64,000 bases of DNA from Ginglymostoma cirratum (GCA_024137785.1 JAHRHZ010000030.1:29545382-29609381); one strand, 5' to 3'. Positions 13,117-25,519 are shown, numbered from the stretch's first letter. Numbers and translations: made by a program. Notes: a model not told the origin generated them from the sequence alone.

Positions 13117-13932
13117 CTAGGTCAGAAGAGATATTGTTTAAAGCTGTAGCAACAGAGACACTAAATGCTAACAAGCAATGACTGAAGTTAGAGCTCATTA
13201 TTTTGAAAAATAACATCCAGCTGCATGGATAATTTAGATGAGGAGCTGGGAAGGAGGGCGTTGCCTTCCCAAAATCTACTAGAGCACTTCAATTGATATT
13301 GTGGTTTCCTCTTAATTGTTTCTTCAGCAGCTGATATTGGCTCAAGGCAGCAGTGAAGTCCTTTCGAACTCAAGCAGCGTTATAACCAATTTAATGCAAA
13401 GTTAATTTTAACAGGCCAATTAAACTTTAAATATCTAATCAAACAGCAAGCAATCTTGTAAGTGATTGTAACAAAAATATACATCGGCATTTCCAAGCTG
13501 TGACAATTTACCGAGTGCCAAAACAAGGAGAAAGTGTGACTAAGAAACAGAAATACTTCAAAGCAGTAAAACATTAAAAGTGAAATTCACCTTTATTAAC
13601 CAACTCAATGTTTTCCTGCAAATGTGCTTTTTTTGCTAAAATATCCAGGAAAATTAATTGTAAATACTGGAACTAGAAATTTCTCAGCTGGTTCAATTTT
13701 GCTGCAACTAGTGCTGAAGGGAGCCAAGTACTTTTGGTCACACGTGGTGTTAGGTCAGGAATCAATCCATTCCCTTTCAAAACTGGTGCAGCAACATGTA
13801 TTTTGAATTATATAGAGAACTATCCAATGTACTTTGAAGACGTAAAGAATTTAACCAGTGTTAAGCTTTGAGAATGACTATAGTCACATTCAATCATGGT
13901 ACACATCTGAGAGAGAGATCAGTAAAACACAC

Positions 13933-14037
13933 CTCTTCAAAGCTATAAGGACCAAGTCTCTCTTTGTCAGCATTTCCAAAGTACCATTCTTTTTCACTGT
14001 CTCTCTTCATATCTGGTGATGCTTCAATAACATTGCT
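13933..14037 (-). CDS. DNAJC13: DNAJC13 exon, 105 nt, [35 protein letters not shown]
   Basis: tttcag|AGC...GAG|gtgtgt. Confidence 0.96.
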
Positions 14038-14122
14038 CTGAAAATAAACATAACCAGCATGATTTCTCAAACGTTTCAAACATTCTCAAAACATGTTTGC
14101 AAAATGAACCAATCAAGCATAC

Positions 14123-14224
14123 CTGCAATGGAACAGTAGCTCTGCTTGTATGAAGATGTGCAAGAGTAAGCAAATCCACGAGGATTCTAACTCCACTGGA
14201 ATCCATGATTTCCTTAACATTTTT
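14123..14224 (-). CDS. DNAJC13: DNAJC13 exon, 102 nt, [34 protein letters not shown]
   Basis: ttgcag|AAA...CAG|gtatgc. Confidence 0.97.
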
Positions 14225-14392
14225 CTGCAAATTACAATTTCCTGAAGTTCAATTCAATGGTTTGGATTACACTGATTATTTAGTTCAGTCACACAACATC
14301 ACATCAAATAAGTATTTAACCAACTTGCACAAAAGGTGTTTAATAAAAAAAAGTGAGCCAGGCAACATTTTGAAACTTAGATACTTTCTCAC

Positions 14393-14455
14393 CTTGTTAA
14401 GAATCAGTTTGTTTAGAAAAAGAATTAGTCGGTCTCTCTCCAGTTTGTCTGTACA
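14393..14455 (-). CDS. DNAJC13: DNAJC13 exon, 63 nt, CTDKLERDRLILFLNKLILNK
   Basis: ttgcag|TGT...AAG|gtgaga. Confidence 0.97.
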
Positions 14456-15392
14456 CTGCAAAACACAAGATCATTGTTGGCTGTAATTTATTGTGGATGA
14501 AATCTTGATCAACTCTTTAATAAAGCCTAATGGAAGGATTAGGTCCTGACAATTACTTTGAATAAAGCATCACTAAAATGGCTGCTCAGTTTTTAATTGT
14601 TCTGTTACTCAATGTTCACAAACTAAGCAAAGTGAGCAGCTCAGCTAAATTTAGGAAACAATATTCCTTGCCCAAGCAGGAGTTGGCTAAGTTAGTTTTT
14701 AACTCAAACTGCAGATTACATCAATTAATAATTAATTCTAATTATACACTTTATCACATGGATGTTCAACAACAAAGACTTGGGAGGAGAACAATTAGCA
14801 TTCATACATGCAGTGACAACAAAACAGCTTCAAAAACACAAAGTCCTGTCATATGGTGACAATAACATAATTAATAAACTTACCAGAACCAGGGGAGGGT
14901 TTGGAGCCGGGGTGATGAAAGTCAAGATTTATACAGTAGTCTATTTATGAAATTCAATGCACTTAAAATTAATTGACGTACTAAAGACAAATATTTAGGA
15001 CCATGAGGGGTGGTCAGTTTAAATAAGCACTTGGATCATTGTTTGCTTCCCTCCCAAAAACATGAACACCCATCATTTCAACTGTCACTTTCACTGCAGA
15101 GTAACAGGGTTTGGGCTCCTGCTTCTTTGCATTCTTCACATTCAATATTTCTGAAGCATCAAATGAAATTTAGAGACCATCCTGAGACTTCAACTTATTT
15201 CTAAGATTATTGCTAAGAAAATTAGTTTCGTTAGCTTCAGCTCTGACCATTGGAATGATTCTAAGCATAACAGAAAGGGTAGGTACTTAATGAGGGCCCA
15301 GCTACAACTCAATTTCCTGGTCTTGCTTGGCTGAAGCTCAAGAACATTGTTTGCCAATGTTGTCATGAAACACATCCAGATAACTTCATCTA

Positions 15393-15593
15393 GTGAGATA
15401 GTAGGAACTGCAGATGCTGGAGAATCTGAGATAACAAGGTGTAGAGCTGGATGAACACAGCAGGACAAGCAGCATCAGAAGAGCAGGAAAGCTGACGTTT
15501 CGGGCCTAGACCCTTCTGAAGAGTCTAGGCCCGAAACGTCAGCTTTCCTGCTCGGCCTGCTGTGTTCATCCAGCTGTACACCTGGTTCTCTCT
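15393..15593. mobile_element. ~200-bp palindromic Penelope-derived non-autonomous element with 12-bp TSD
   Basis: Arms match the 3' terminus of the PLE at 51599-51690; flanked by TAACTTCATCTA at 15381-15392 and 15594-15605. Confidence 0.88.
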
Positions 15594-15949
15594 TAACTTC
15601 ATCTACTGAATTAGGTTTTGGCTTAATCCAGATAAGGTGTCCAGCCTGGAGATTCACTTCTCATATTTAATCTGAATACAAAAACCCAGCAAAACAAAAG
15701 CCACCAGCTGAAAGTAGAATGAATGGTTGTTAGCATTAGCCACTTGCTCTCAGAATGCAAACTGTCATCAGATGACAAGCACAGAACTCATGGGAAAGCC
15801 AAACACTCCAGCCATATTCCACTCAAATGTCTTCAAAGTGTCACTCAAGTTTTTTGGTTTTCTTTTGTCTGATCTCGGTAGAATATGTGGAGAGGGGAAC
15901 AAAATAAGCCATTGCTGTATTGATTGATGACATTCTCCATTCCGGCCTC

Positions 15950-16630
15950 TAGACCAAGGAGAGCTAATAGATGTTATCTACCTCGACTTTACGTAGGCTT
16001 TTGACAAGGTGCCACACAGGAGGCTGCTGAGTAAGATAAGGACCCATGATGTTAGAGGCAAGGTACTTGCATGGATAGAAAATTGGTTGTCTGGCAGAAA
16101 GCAGAGAGTGGGGTTAAAAGGGTCTTTCTCGGGATAGCAGCCAGTGAAAAATGTTGTTCCACAAGGGTCAGTGTTAGGGCCACAACTTTTCACTTTATAC
16201 ATTAGTGATCTAGATGAAGGAGCTGAGGGCATTCCGGCTAAGTTTGCAGACGATACAAAGTTAGCTAGAAAGACAGTAGTATAGAGGCGGTGGGGAGGCT
16301 GCAGAAGGATTTGGACAGGTTAAAAGAGTGGGCAAAGAAGTGGCAGATGGGGTACAACGTGGGAAAGTGCGAGGTCATGCACTTTGGTAAGAAGAATAGA
16401 AGCATGGACCAGTTCCTAAATGGGGAGAAAATTCAGAAGTCTGAAGTGCAAAGAGACTTGGGAGTTCTAGTCCACAATTCTCTCAAGTAAACTTGTAGGT
16501 TGAGTCAGTAGTCAGGAAGGCAAATGCACTTTGACATTTATTTTGAGAGGACTTTATTATAAAAGCAGGGATGTACTTCTGGAGGTTCTAGAAGGCTCTG
16601 GCCAGGCCACATTTGGATTACTGTGCGCCA
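15950..16630 (+). mobile_element. CR1 LINE RT fragment
   Basis: [64 protein letters not shown]. Confidence 0.92.
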
Positions 16631-16984
16631 TCCAACTTGCAATACTAATAAATTCACTTTGTAAAATAAAGGTTTCATTCACTCAGCACTTCAGCCACCA
16701 GATTAGAAGTAGTTAGTAAAATCAGTATATTAAAAAGGCTAAAGTTTCAGCTGAGTCAGTTGAAAATGCCCAATTTGAAAAACAAACCCCACAAGGAATT
16801 GCATTGGATGTTTTTCTTCTAGTGCTAAAAGCACGTCTCTTCCAGTCATTTCAAATTCACATCATTGAACACACTAGACAGAGCAGCATACCATGGATGT
16901 TAATTCATACTGTTTGGAAACTGGCTCCCTGAAAAATATCACAATGTTCTAAACTTTGTAGATCTGTGGCCACTCAAAGCCCTG

Positions 16985-17430
16985 CTAGTCCATTCACACC
17001 AAGTCCAGTTCTTTCATGATCCCTGTACTCTAACTAACCTGAATCCCAGATATGCAAAGTCGTCATTTTAAATTTCTTATCCTTGTTTTCAAATGTCTCC
17101 ATACCCTCACCCCTCTCAACCTGTAATCTGATCCAACACCACAATCTTCTGACATATCTGCACTCCTCCAATCTGATATCCTGTACATCCACAATTTTAC
17201 TTACTTCAACACAGTGGTGGCCATACCTTCATTTGTCTAGGCCCAAGATCTGAGATATCCTCTCTACTCCTCTCCCCGCCTATAAAGGCACAAAAACCAC
17301 TTTGACCAAGCTTTAGGTCATCAGACCAAATATCTCATTTGGTTTGCTGTCATGCTTGGTTTTGTAATTGTCCTGTGAAGCACTTCATTTATGCTTAATT
17401 ATGGCAAAGCCACTATATAAAATAGGTTTT
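16985..17430 (+). mobile_element. L2-type LINE 3' end
   Basis: L2 ORF2 C-terminal and 3' motifs (aaatttcttatccttgttttcaaa...cactttgaccaagcttt...cctgtgaagcac). Confidence 0.6.
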
Positions 17431-17459
17431 GAATGAAACTCTGCCATCGCACAATAAGA

Positions 17460-17782
17460 GAGCCGATGGCATTATCGCGGGACTGTTAATCCAGAGAGCC
17501 AGATAACGTCCTTGGGACCCAGGTTCAAACCCCACCATGGCAGATGGTGGAATTTGAAGTCAACAAATCAAGAATTTAATGGAGGACCATGAATCGCTTG
17601 TCAGAAAAACCCATCTGGTTCACCAATGTCCTTTAGGGAAGGAAACTACCATCCTTACCTGGTCTGGCCTACATGTGACTTCAGACCCACAGCAACATGG
17701 TTGATTCTTAACTGCCCAGGGACAGGCAATAAATGCTGCCTGGCCAGCAACACCCTCATCCCGTGAACGAATTTAAAAAAAA
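17460..17782 (+). mobile_element. tRNA-derived SINE (family A)
   Basis: B-box-like ggttcaaacccc, conserved body, 3' tail ggcaataaatgctg...catcccgtgaacgaatttaaaaaaaa; related copies at 20060, 24840, 31740 and 40385 (minus). Confidence 0.8.
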
Positions 17783-19842
17783 CTAGCCTAGTGCCAAATC
17801 TACATTACCACTTGGGGGTGGGGTGGGGATGTGAATCTTTTTCTCTTCAACAACTGACAAATGGCAGAAACATTCAGCAGGTCAGACAGCAAATGCAGAG
17901 AAAAACATTTCAATTCATTGACCATTCATCACACCCAAAATGCTACAGGTTTCCCAGCTAAGCATATTAAGAGTCAGGAAAACAAAAGACAGGTTTGAGA
18001 TGGGTTGGAGGGAAAATATAACTAAATGGTTGTGTTGACAGCGCAAAAGTAAAAGTTGGTAAATGAGGTTTCTACAAAACCAAAAGAAGGGGTCCCAATT
18101 CCATTCTGATCTCTCAATCTAATGTTATTCAAGAGAAAGTTCACTGCAAGCCACAGAGGCAGCAACTCATCTTTCTTAAACACTACAGCCTTCTGCAACG
18201 ACAGCACTGAATTTAACAACTTTAAGCCTTTAACCACCCATTCCCTCTCAGAAGTCACTGGCTGATAATGGAGGTTGATGAGACCAGATCTGCAGAATGG
18301 CAGACATGCAGGTAGATATTTGGGTGGCCTACAGTCCCAGCGGTCTACTCATCTTTCTTCTGTCACATTTCTGCTCATGGTTGCTCTTCTATCTATACCA
18401 CATTTCCCATGGTCATTTCTACTTATTCGACAGTTGGTAGACCTCCTTTGGATCCATCAGTTCTTCTCCAACTGTATTTGCAGTAAAGCAGTTCATCTCT
18501 AGTATATGCCGATGATAGGTATCTGACCCGAACAGCTAACTTACTTGCTCTCTCCACAGATCTTACTCAGTATTTTGTGTTATTCAGATTTCCAGTATCG
18601 ATAGCACTTTTTTGGAAGTTTGGTCAGACACAAAATTTTGGTGTTTAAAAAAAAAGGTACAAAACACCACAGTCTTTTTCTTTCAAAAAGTAATTACCAA
18701 GGCAAAGATAAGTGTGTCTTTATGATACAGCACATATTGCCTGCGATATAACTTGTGCCAGACTGGCTCATGATATTTAAAGTGAATAAGGCTTCACTGA
18801 ACAGTGTTGCACTAACTTGGTCGTCAATTATCTGACAGTGGAGGACTCTGACACAAAACAAGTAGCTCAAGGTCAAATCATCTTCCCTGACTCTAGTCAA
18901 CATGGAATAGGATTGATCTGTGAAACAAGACAGAGGAGGAATAGGCCATTTGACCTTTTGAGCTGTTTTGCCATTGAATGAGATCATGCACATCAACACC
19001 ACCTGCCTGCCATACTTTTATTCCCCTCTAATGTACACAAATCTATCAACTTCAATCTTGAATTATGCTTAACAGCAAAGCATCCAGACCCAGCAGAATT
19101 CCAAATTCAGAGACCTTTGAAGTGAAGGAAGTCCCTCTTATCTCAACCCTAAATGTTAATGACTTATTCAGAGTCTGTGAACCCAGAGGACAAAACATCA
19201 ACTACCCTGCATGAACTTGCCATGACAACCTACCCACTGACATGACAGACTGTGTCCCATTTGCTACACAGTGGGTGACAAACCCCAGGGAACACAGGCC
19301 AAAGCTGCCCTTGGGACAACTCATTTCCTTTGGCAGCATTTCAATCATTCACTTTCAAGCCAACTGAAACTTCTGCTTGCTTAACAGCCCCAAGCATCTC
19401 TGGATCATTGATAATTTCTGCTTAATGCATAAAAAAGGTGCACGTGCCAGGACACCATTTGGTGCATAGCCTGAAATTCTCACAGCTATGAAGTTCCCTT
19501 GTTGACAGCGCTGTTGGGAGCACCCACCTCCTCACTCTCACACCCACAGGCCTCTGCCTTCTTGAACTGACGCTAACCAGCACCTATAAGGGCAATCATG
19601 GATGGACAATAAATGCTGACCTCGCCAGCAATACTTCTCTCCCATGATCAAATTTTCTAAAAATCAGTCTACATCAGAATTTACAACACAAAAAGGTCTC
19701 AGTCTATGAAGTTGATTACAAAGTTACAAGCCATTCGCAGATACAAGATTCAGAACAGGGCTCCTCTGTGCAAGGGGAAAACAAATAAGCCAGTGTTAAA
19801 CCAATACAAAACAAAGCTATTTAAAGGGACAGTAGAAATGTT

Positions 19843-20032
19843 AGAGTCGCCATAGCCTTGCCAGACTCTAAGGCTGCCCTCTGGTTAAAGACAGGCTGAT
19901 TAGCTGTAGTTTAATCTGAGTGTCACCATGCCTCAGGCAAGGGGAAAGGTTGAAGAGGACAGTCCTTCATAGTAAACTCAACTGGTGGGGGAGGTGAACT
20001 CACGCTGTTGGCATCCCAGAGCTAACTGACCT
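19843..20032 (-). mobile_element. Short tRNA-derived SINE (family B), degenerate
   Basis: Minus strand begins ggtcagttagctc...gagttcacctccc (A/B-box-like) and ends ctatggcgactctaa. Confidence 0.5.
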
Positions 20033-20057
20033 TTAGTTATCTGGGTGGTACCTTACT

Positions 20058-20370
20058 TTTTTCTTAAAAATTCTTTCATGGGATATGGGCACCACTGGCT
20101 GAGCCAGCATTAGCCATCCCTAACCCCAGTGGCCAGTTAAGAGTCAACCACATTACTGCGGGTCTGAAGTCACGGGTGCCTGAAGAACATTAGTGAATCA
20201 GATGGGATTTTCCTGAAAAATCAAAAATAGATTCATTGGACTCAATTTCAGATTTTTATTGCATTCAAATTCCATCATCTGCCATGACAGGATGAGGCCA
20301 GATCCCCAGAACATTACCTAGGCCTTTGGATTTACAGTCTAGCGATAATACTACTAGTCCATTGCCACCC
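20058..20370 (-). mobile_element. tRNA-derived SINE (family A)
   Basis: Reverse-complement similarity to 17460-17782 (cagttaagagtcaaccacatt...gggtctgaagtcac). Confidence 0.75.
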
Positions 20371-20704
20371 CAACTGTACACTTAAATAGGTAAGAGTTTC
20401 CATGACGGTGCAATTGGTTGAATTCCTGGACTCCAATTCCTTCAGCATAAACTCTACAGCTTCCTAGCAATAGGGTAACTAGCACTGACATTTCCAAATA
20501 CTGTCACGGAGAGAAAAAAATGGTTAGGTTAGATTAAATTTCTGCACAAAGAATCTAAGAAAACAGGAACAGGGAGAGGCCACTTGGTTAAAAAAACCTC
20601 AATTCCTTTTGTTACAAAATACATTTGAATCATGAACTAAATACATCAATGATTTTCACTGACGTCTTAGGAGCCAAAGTATACTTATAAATAAAGATGT
20701 TATA

Positions 20705-20808
20705 GATGTCTTGCTGGTACCCATCTCTTCGTTTTCATCCTCTTTCAACAACAGGATGTGAATAATAACCTCCAATTTTAATTTCATCTGCAGGCACTTG
20801 TATCTAAC
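20705..20808 (-). pseudogene. Degenerate duplicate (pseudo-exon) of DNAJC13 exon 21532-21635
   Basis: Colinear 104-nt copy with intact ttgttcag acceptor, one 1-nt deletion and one 1-nt insertion, and the donor GT lost. Confidence 0.88.
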
Positions 20809-21285
20809 CTGAACAAAAAGGTGTTTTGTGAAGAGTCAGACCACAGAGTGACTGAGTAGCAGCCAGCATGTCCAAAAGCATAGTGAAAAGGGGCAGCCTT
20901 TAAAACATACTCAAGTCATCCCATCACACATGGAGGGAATCATTCAAATAAATTCCTTGATAAACAGCTAAAATAAACCCAATTCAAAAAAAGTTTTGAT
21001 ATCATTTTGCAAAGTGAATAACATATTAACAACTTCAAAAGTTATTTTTTAGTTGCAAAGTCCTAACGTAACGAAATAAACTGGTCCAACGTAATCCTCA
21101 GGAGTATAGTTCTGGCAGGAAGAAAATCAAGTCTGAAATTCCAAGACTAGAACAACCTGTGTCTTAAATGCTACTGCAATGAAAATACCGAATTGGTACC
21201 ATTGAGAAAACTAGGTTCCATATGCAGCATGCCAAAGATGCGCTAAGCTAACAAGAACAAAGTTCAAAAGATTTGTTGTGCTCAC

Positions 21286-21445
21286 CCTCTCCAGCATTCC
21301 AACAATGTATTTAGTATCACTGAATGGTCCTATCTCCTCATAGCATTTGCCGTAAACAATGGTCAAAGCTTGTAAACATAAACACTTCATATTCACTTTA
21401 GGGGTAAGCAAGAAGCGATGATACAACTCATTGAAAAATTCATAC
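21286..21445 (-). CDS. DNAJC13: DNAJC13 exon, 160 nt, [16 protein letters not shown]...YIVGMLER
   Basis: ttgcag|G TAT...AGG|gtgagc; ORF 21211..21462. Confidence 0.97.
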
Positions 21446-21531
21446 CTGCAATAAATGCACACATTGGAACAAGGTAAAAAAGGGAGAAACGTAATTAAAC
21501 AAAGAAATTTGTTACAGGAATTCAGGCTTAC

Positions 21532-21635
21532 GATCTCTTGATTGTACTCGTCTCTTCATTTTCACCTTCCTCCAACAACAGGCGTAGATAATAATCTCCA
21601 ATTTTGATTTCATCTGCAAGGCACTCATACCTAAC
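21532..21635 (-). CDS. DNAJC13: DNAJC13 exon, 104 nt, [35 protein letters not shown]
   Basis: gttcag|GTT...AGA TC|gtaagc. Confidence 0.97.
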
Positions 21636-22047
21636 CTGAACAAGAGGTGAAACAGTTGAAAATCTCCATAGCAATGAAAATTAGCAGCATCACTTTGCAG
21701 TAGCTGACAAAATCAGACATCACAAAATGGATTCTTCCAAAAAGGAAGATAGCACACAAAAAAACATAAAACAAGCAAAGCCAATACCAAAATGCGCAAA
21801 ACAACAAACAAAATTAACAGAAGTATAAACAAGCAAAAAATAAAAGTGGAATGAGCAAAAACAAAATGGGCAATAACATTACAGCCTTCATAAGAAAATT
21901 CTGGCACATAGTTTTAGCTTGGTCAATGTAATAAGTTTTCTTCAGTTTTAGTAGAAACCTATCAAATAATGCTAAAAGTTCAAAATCAAGCCAAAGTGTG
22001 GATTTTATTTTGTGAGCTTTTACATATTCAAGCAGACAAAAAGTCTT

Positions 22048-22078
<31 letters not shown>

Positions 22079-22546
22079 TATGATCCCAGCTGGTATTAAT
22101 ACTCAATAAGTCAGATCCCAGAGGCAAACCTGGTTTGTTAGCGCCTCACAGACGATTGTTAATATTGTGGAGATCAATTACTGAACACATTCCTAAGAAG
22201 CTGTCGATGCCAGTTTTAACAAAGAATACAGCATTAGACAAAGTTCTAAAAAAGACTATGAACTATATTACATTGGGCACTGGGAGGTTTAAAAATATTA
22301 CTAGAAATATCAAAAAAAAAAAATCACATTATTCCTTTCATTCCAGCAAAATCCTCAAAGACCCAGATGTTAGTGAAGACACCATGTCCACACTGAATTT
22401 CCTTGCTCAGATTCAAGATGGAACAGCTACAACATTGTTTTTTTTTTCCCACAACTCTCTGTGCAGTCACCAGAAACTCATCTTATTCATCCGATCTCTC
22501 CCCCCAAGACACTGAAAACATGAAAACTATCATGAAAGGCTCACGA

Positions 22547-23317
22547 TGTATTATATGAAAATTTGGGTTTCAGATTGGGCTGTATTATGTATAGATTTAA
22601 GTTTGATTCGTATTTCTATGATGTGAGTTAAGGAAGGGAGGACAAATGATCATTTAGGGTTCTGAGTGGCTCTGGCATGTCTGGAACTCATTTACATGTC
22701 TTTGAATGAGGCTTTAAAAATATTTAGAAAAAAAGGTAGAAGACAGGGAAGGAAATGGACTGTTGTCAAGACAGAGACAATAAGGGGGTGGTTTAATGTC
22801 AGCAAGACAAAGCTTCAAAATTAGAAGGTTGGGGAAGAGAAACTTAAGGAACTCATCGAGAAATATATAAACTGATAACACAGCACACTTAAGGGTCTCA
22901 GGAAGAAACAGTGCCCAAAGACGGCATCAGTGAATAAAGTGAATAAAGTTGTTGGTCAGAAACAAACCAAGTACAGCCATGCCAACCGAAAAAGGAACCT
23001 TTAAAGTGGAAGCAGGGCAACCCTTCACTGAGTTAAGAATCTGTAAAGTTGTTGAGGGTAAAAGGGTTGAATCTTTATTTTTGATATTTGTAATACGACA
23101 TTTCATCTGGTTCTTCTAGAGCTGCTTAGAAAAGTTTTCTCCTTTCGTGTAAAAGGAACTTCAATATTCTTGTATTAAAAGTATATGGACAGCCTCTTGT
23201 CTATATGCTTAGAGACTACCATGGTATGCAAATTGCAAATATAAAAAAAAACTTAGTCAAACAAGTCAGGTTCCACTCTGGAATCTGTCTTGGTCAGTAT
23301 CAGCCAGGATCGTAACT
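22547..23317 (+). mobile_element. Candidate solo LTR
   Basis: Begins TGTA, ends ...GATCGTAAC(t); purine-rich body, TATA-like aaatatataaa at 22861 and ATTAAA near 23174. No clear TSD. Confidence 0.35.
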
Positions 23318-24839
23318 ATGCACTCAATTTCAGAACAAATTCACAAGTTTCCCTGTTTTCATTTTTCTGCAATCTTTTACACTCCGACACTGGTACTGAC
23401 TGACCACCTCTCTGCTTTTCTCGTTACGCAATGGACTCTTGTTGTCGAGAAATAGGAGTTTCTTTTCCCCCCCCTTTACTTTTGCTTGAACTTCATTAAA
23501 ATGCATGGGAACAAACAGACCTCTAAAACTTCTTGCACAAGCCCAAGAACACAAATGAAACTAAACCATGTCTCCTTTTCTTAGCACATGATGCAAATTA
23601 AGCTTGAAGTCAGTTGTTCTTAACCCTTCATTATACCTTAAGAATGTTCTTGTTGATTCTCAAGGCAAATCAGAAGCACATTTGTGGAACAAATGATGGC
23701 AAAGGGAAATCCGGGAATTAGAGGATTAGATTTCAACTCCAAACAATATTAAAACCTGGTCAGTTACAGTAGGATCCAATTCAGCCTCAAATCATGACTA
23801 GCTAGTAACATATTTGGAAGAAATAAAGAGAGATGCAATATAAATTAAACGGTATAAAAAGGAATATAACAGACACCTGGACATTTAAGCACATATACTT
23901 GAAGGTGATACGATAAAGTTGAAAAACATAGAAGATTCCACATTTTATAAATGACAGGTATAATTTGCATGCTTCAACTGGAAGAAATGGGTACAATCTT
24001 TTGCCTCATGGAGAAAGGCTAACACTCAGACTTTTTTTTTAAAAGAAGGGAGGGGGAAAAAAAGTTTTACAGTATGGTGTCTTTTCTCCCCCAAAGCTTT
24101 ACACACAAGGACCAAAAGTTAAGTAAGGGGTAAGCAAGGTATATCACATTTGACATGAATTAGTTGATTGGTACAAACCATTTGGTGTTGCCCTTCAACT
24201 GTCAAAATCCAGCATGTAGCTAATTAGAAAACTAAGATGTGAAGCAGCTGTTATCTAGAGGTCAGTTACTAGAACACATTCCTACAGCCAAAGCTGCATT
24301 CTAAGCATCAGCTCACTTCTGAGCGTTCAAACCCTATTCCATAACTGAAGCTAACCCATCAATGCAGTACTGAGGAGCATTACATTGCCAAATGGTACAG
24401 TAAGGCATAAAGCAGCGGATTTAAGATGACAGACCTGTTCTACTGATGATCAATAACCCTTCAACTAATAGAAACAAACTCTCCCAAGGCAGTTTTGTAT
24501 ATTGGTCTCGGGTGAAAAATATTCTCAGCCACAGATGTTTGAGGCAAGATGTACCTTTGCCGCTATCACAAATCGTGATTTGAAAGCCAATGTCTACGTG
24601 AGAACCATTCCAAAAATTCAGTCTAGTCCAGTTTCTTTCCTAGGCGTACGAATCTTATCAAACCTCCACATTCTGGACACAATTAAACTGGTTTTCAGAG
24701 GCCACAGCTCATGTAATACCTGGTCAGATGTGTTGCATTTGTTTTCCTGATGCGATGTGTGGGTGGTCAGATAATAGAAGAAAAATTTAGACCAAGTTGC
24801 ATATTGGTAATAGTAGTCAAAATTTGTCCAGTATAAAAC

Positions 24840-25140
24840 ATTTATTCATGGGTGTGGGATTACTGGCTATGCCAGCATTAATTGCCCGTCCCTGATTGCT
24901 CTTAAGAAAGTTGGAAGTCCATCACATTGCTGTGGGTTTGATATCACGTGGGCCAGACCAAATCAGCTTGGCAAATTTCCTTCCCTAAACAGGACACGAA
25001 CGAACCAGACTGGTTTTTACAACAATCGAAAAAGTGATCACTATTAGGTTAGCTTTTAATTCCAGACTTCTATGGAGTTCAAATTTCACCACCTGCCATG
25101 ATGGGGTTCAAGCTCTTACCTGAGAATATTAACCAGAGTT
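24840..25140 (-). mobile_element. tRNA-derived SINE (family A)
   Basis: Reverse-complement similarity to 17460-17782 (atttccttccctaaa...gaaccagactgg...ccacctgccatgatgggg). Confidence 0.7.
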
Positions 25141-25231
25141 ACTATTATCAATCTTAACCAAAATTTAGTTAGAAAGAATAAAATGAACAATTGCATTTGA
25201 TAACTTCAGCTAGAAAATCAATTTCTCTTAC

Positions 25232-25385
25232 TTCAAATTCCTGGTGATTCCAAGAAATAACACTAGCAATTCCCAATTCCTTGTCAATGTTAAAAGCCCT
25301 TATTTCTGCTTCAAATGCATCTCTTAATTCTTCTCTAGTTTTGTAATTCCAGATTAAGTTAGATTTGGCATGATCCATTTGAAAT
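25232..25385 (-). CDS. DNAJC13: DNAJC13 exon, 154 nt, [20 protein letters not shown]...ISWNHQEFE (IWN repeat)
   Basis: tcacag|A TTT...GAA|gtaaga; ORF 25169..25399. Confidence 0.97.
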
Positions 25386-25519
25386 CTGTGAAAAATCAAG
25401 AAAAGCTTTTACTTCAATTTGTTTAATAAAGTTATGAAAATTAGAATATTAACTATACATGGACATCATTTCCTACAACTAAGCTATCAAAAATAAGCTA
25501 ATAAAGACTTCCCTATGTT

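Noticed and set aside
22053-22076. Long poly-A run (also 61173-61190)
   Set aside because: Simple homopolymers with no associated retrocopy or TSD visible.
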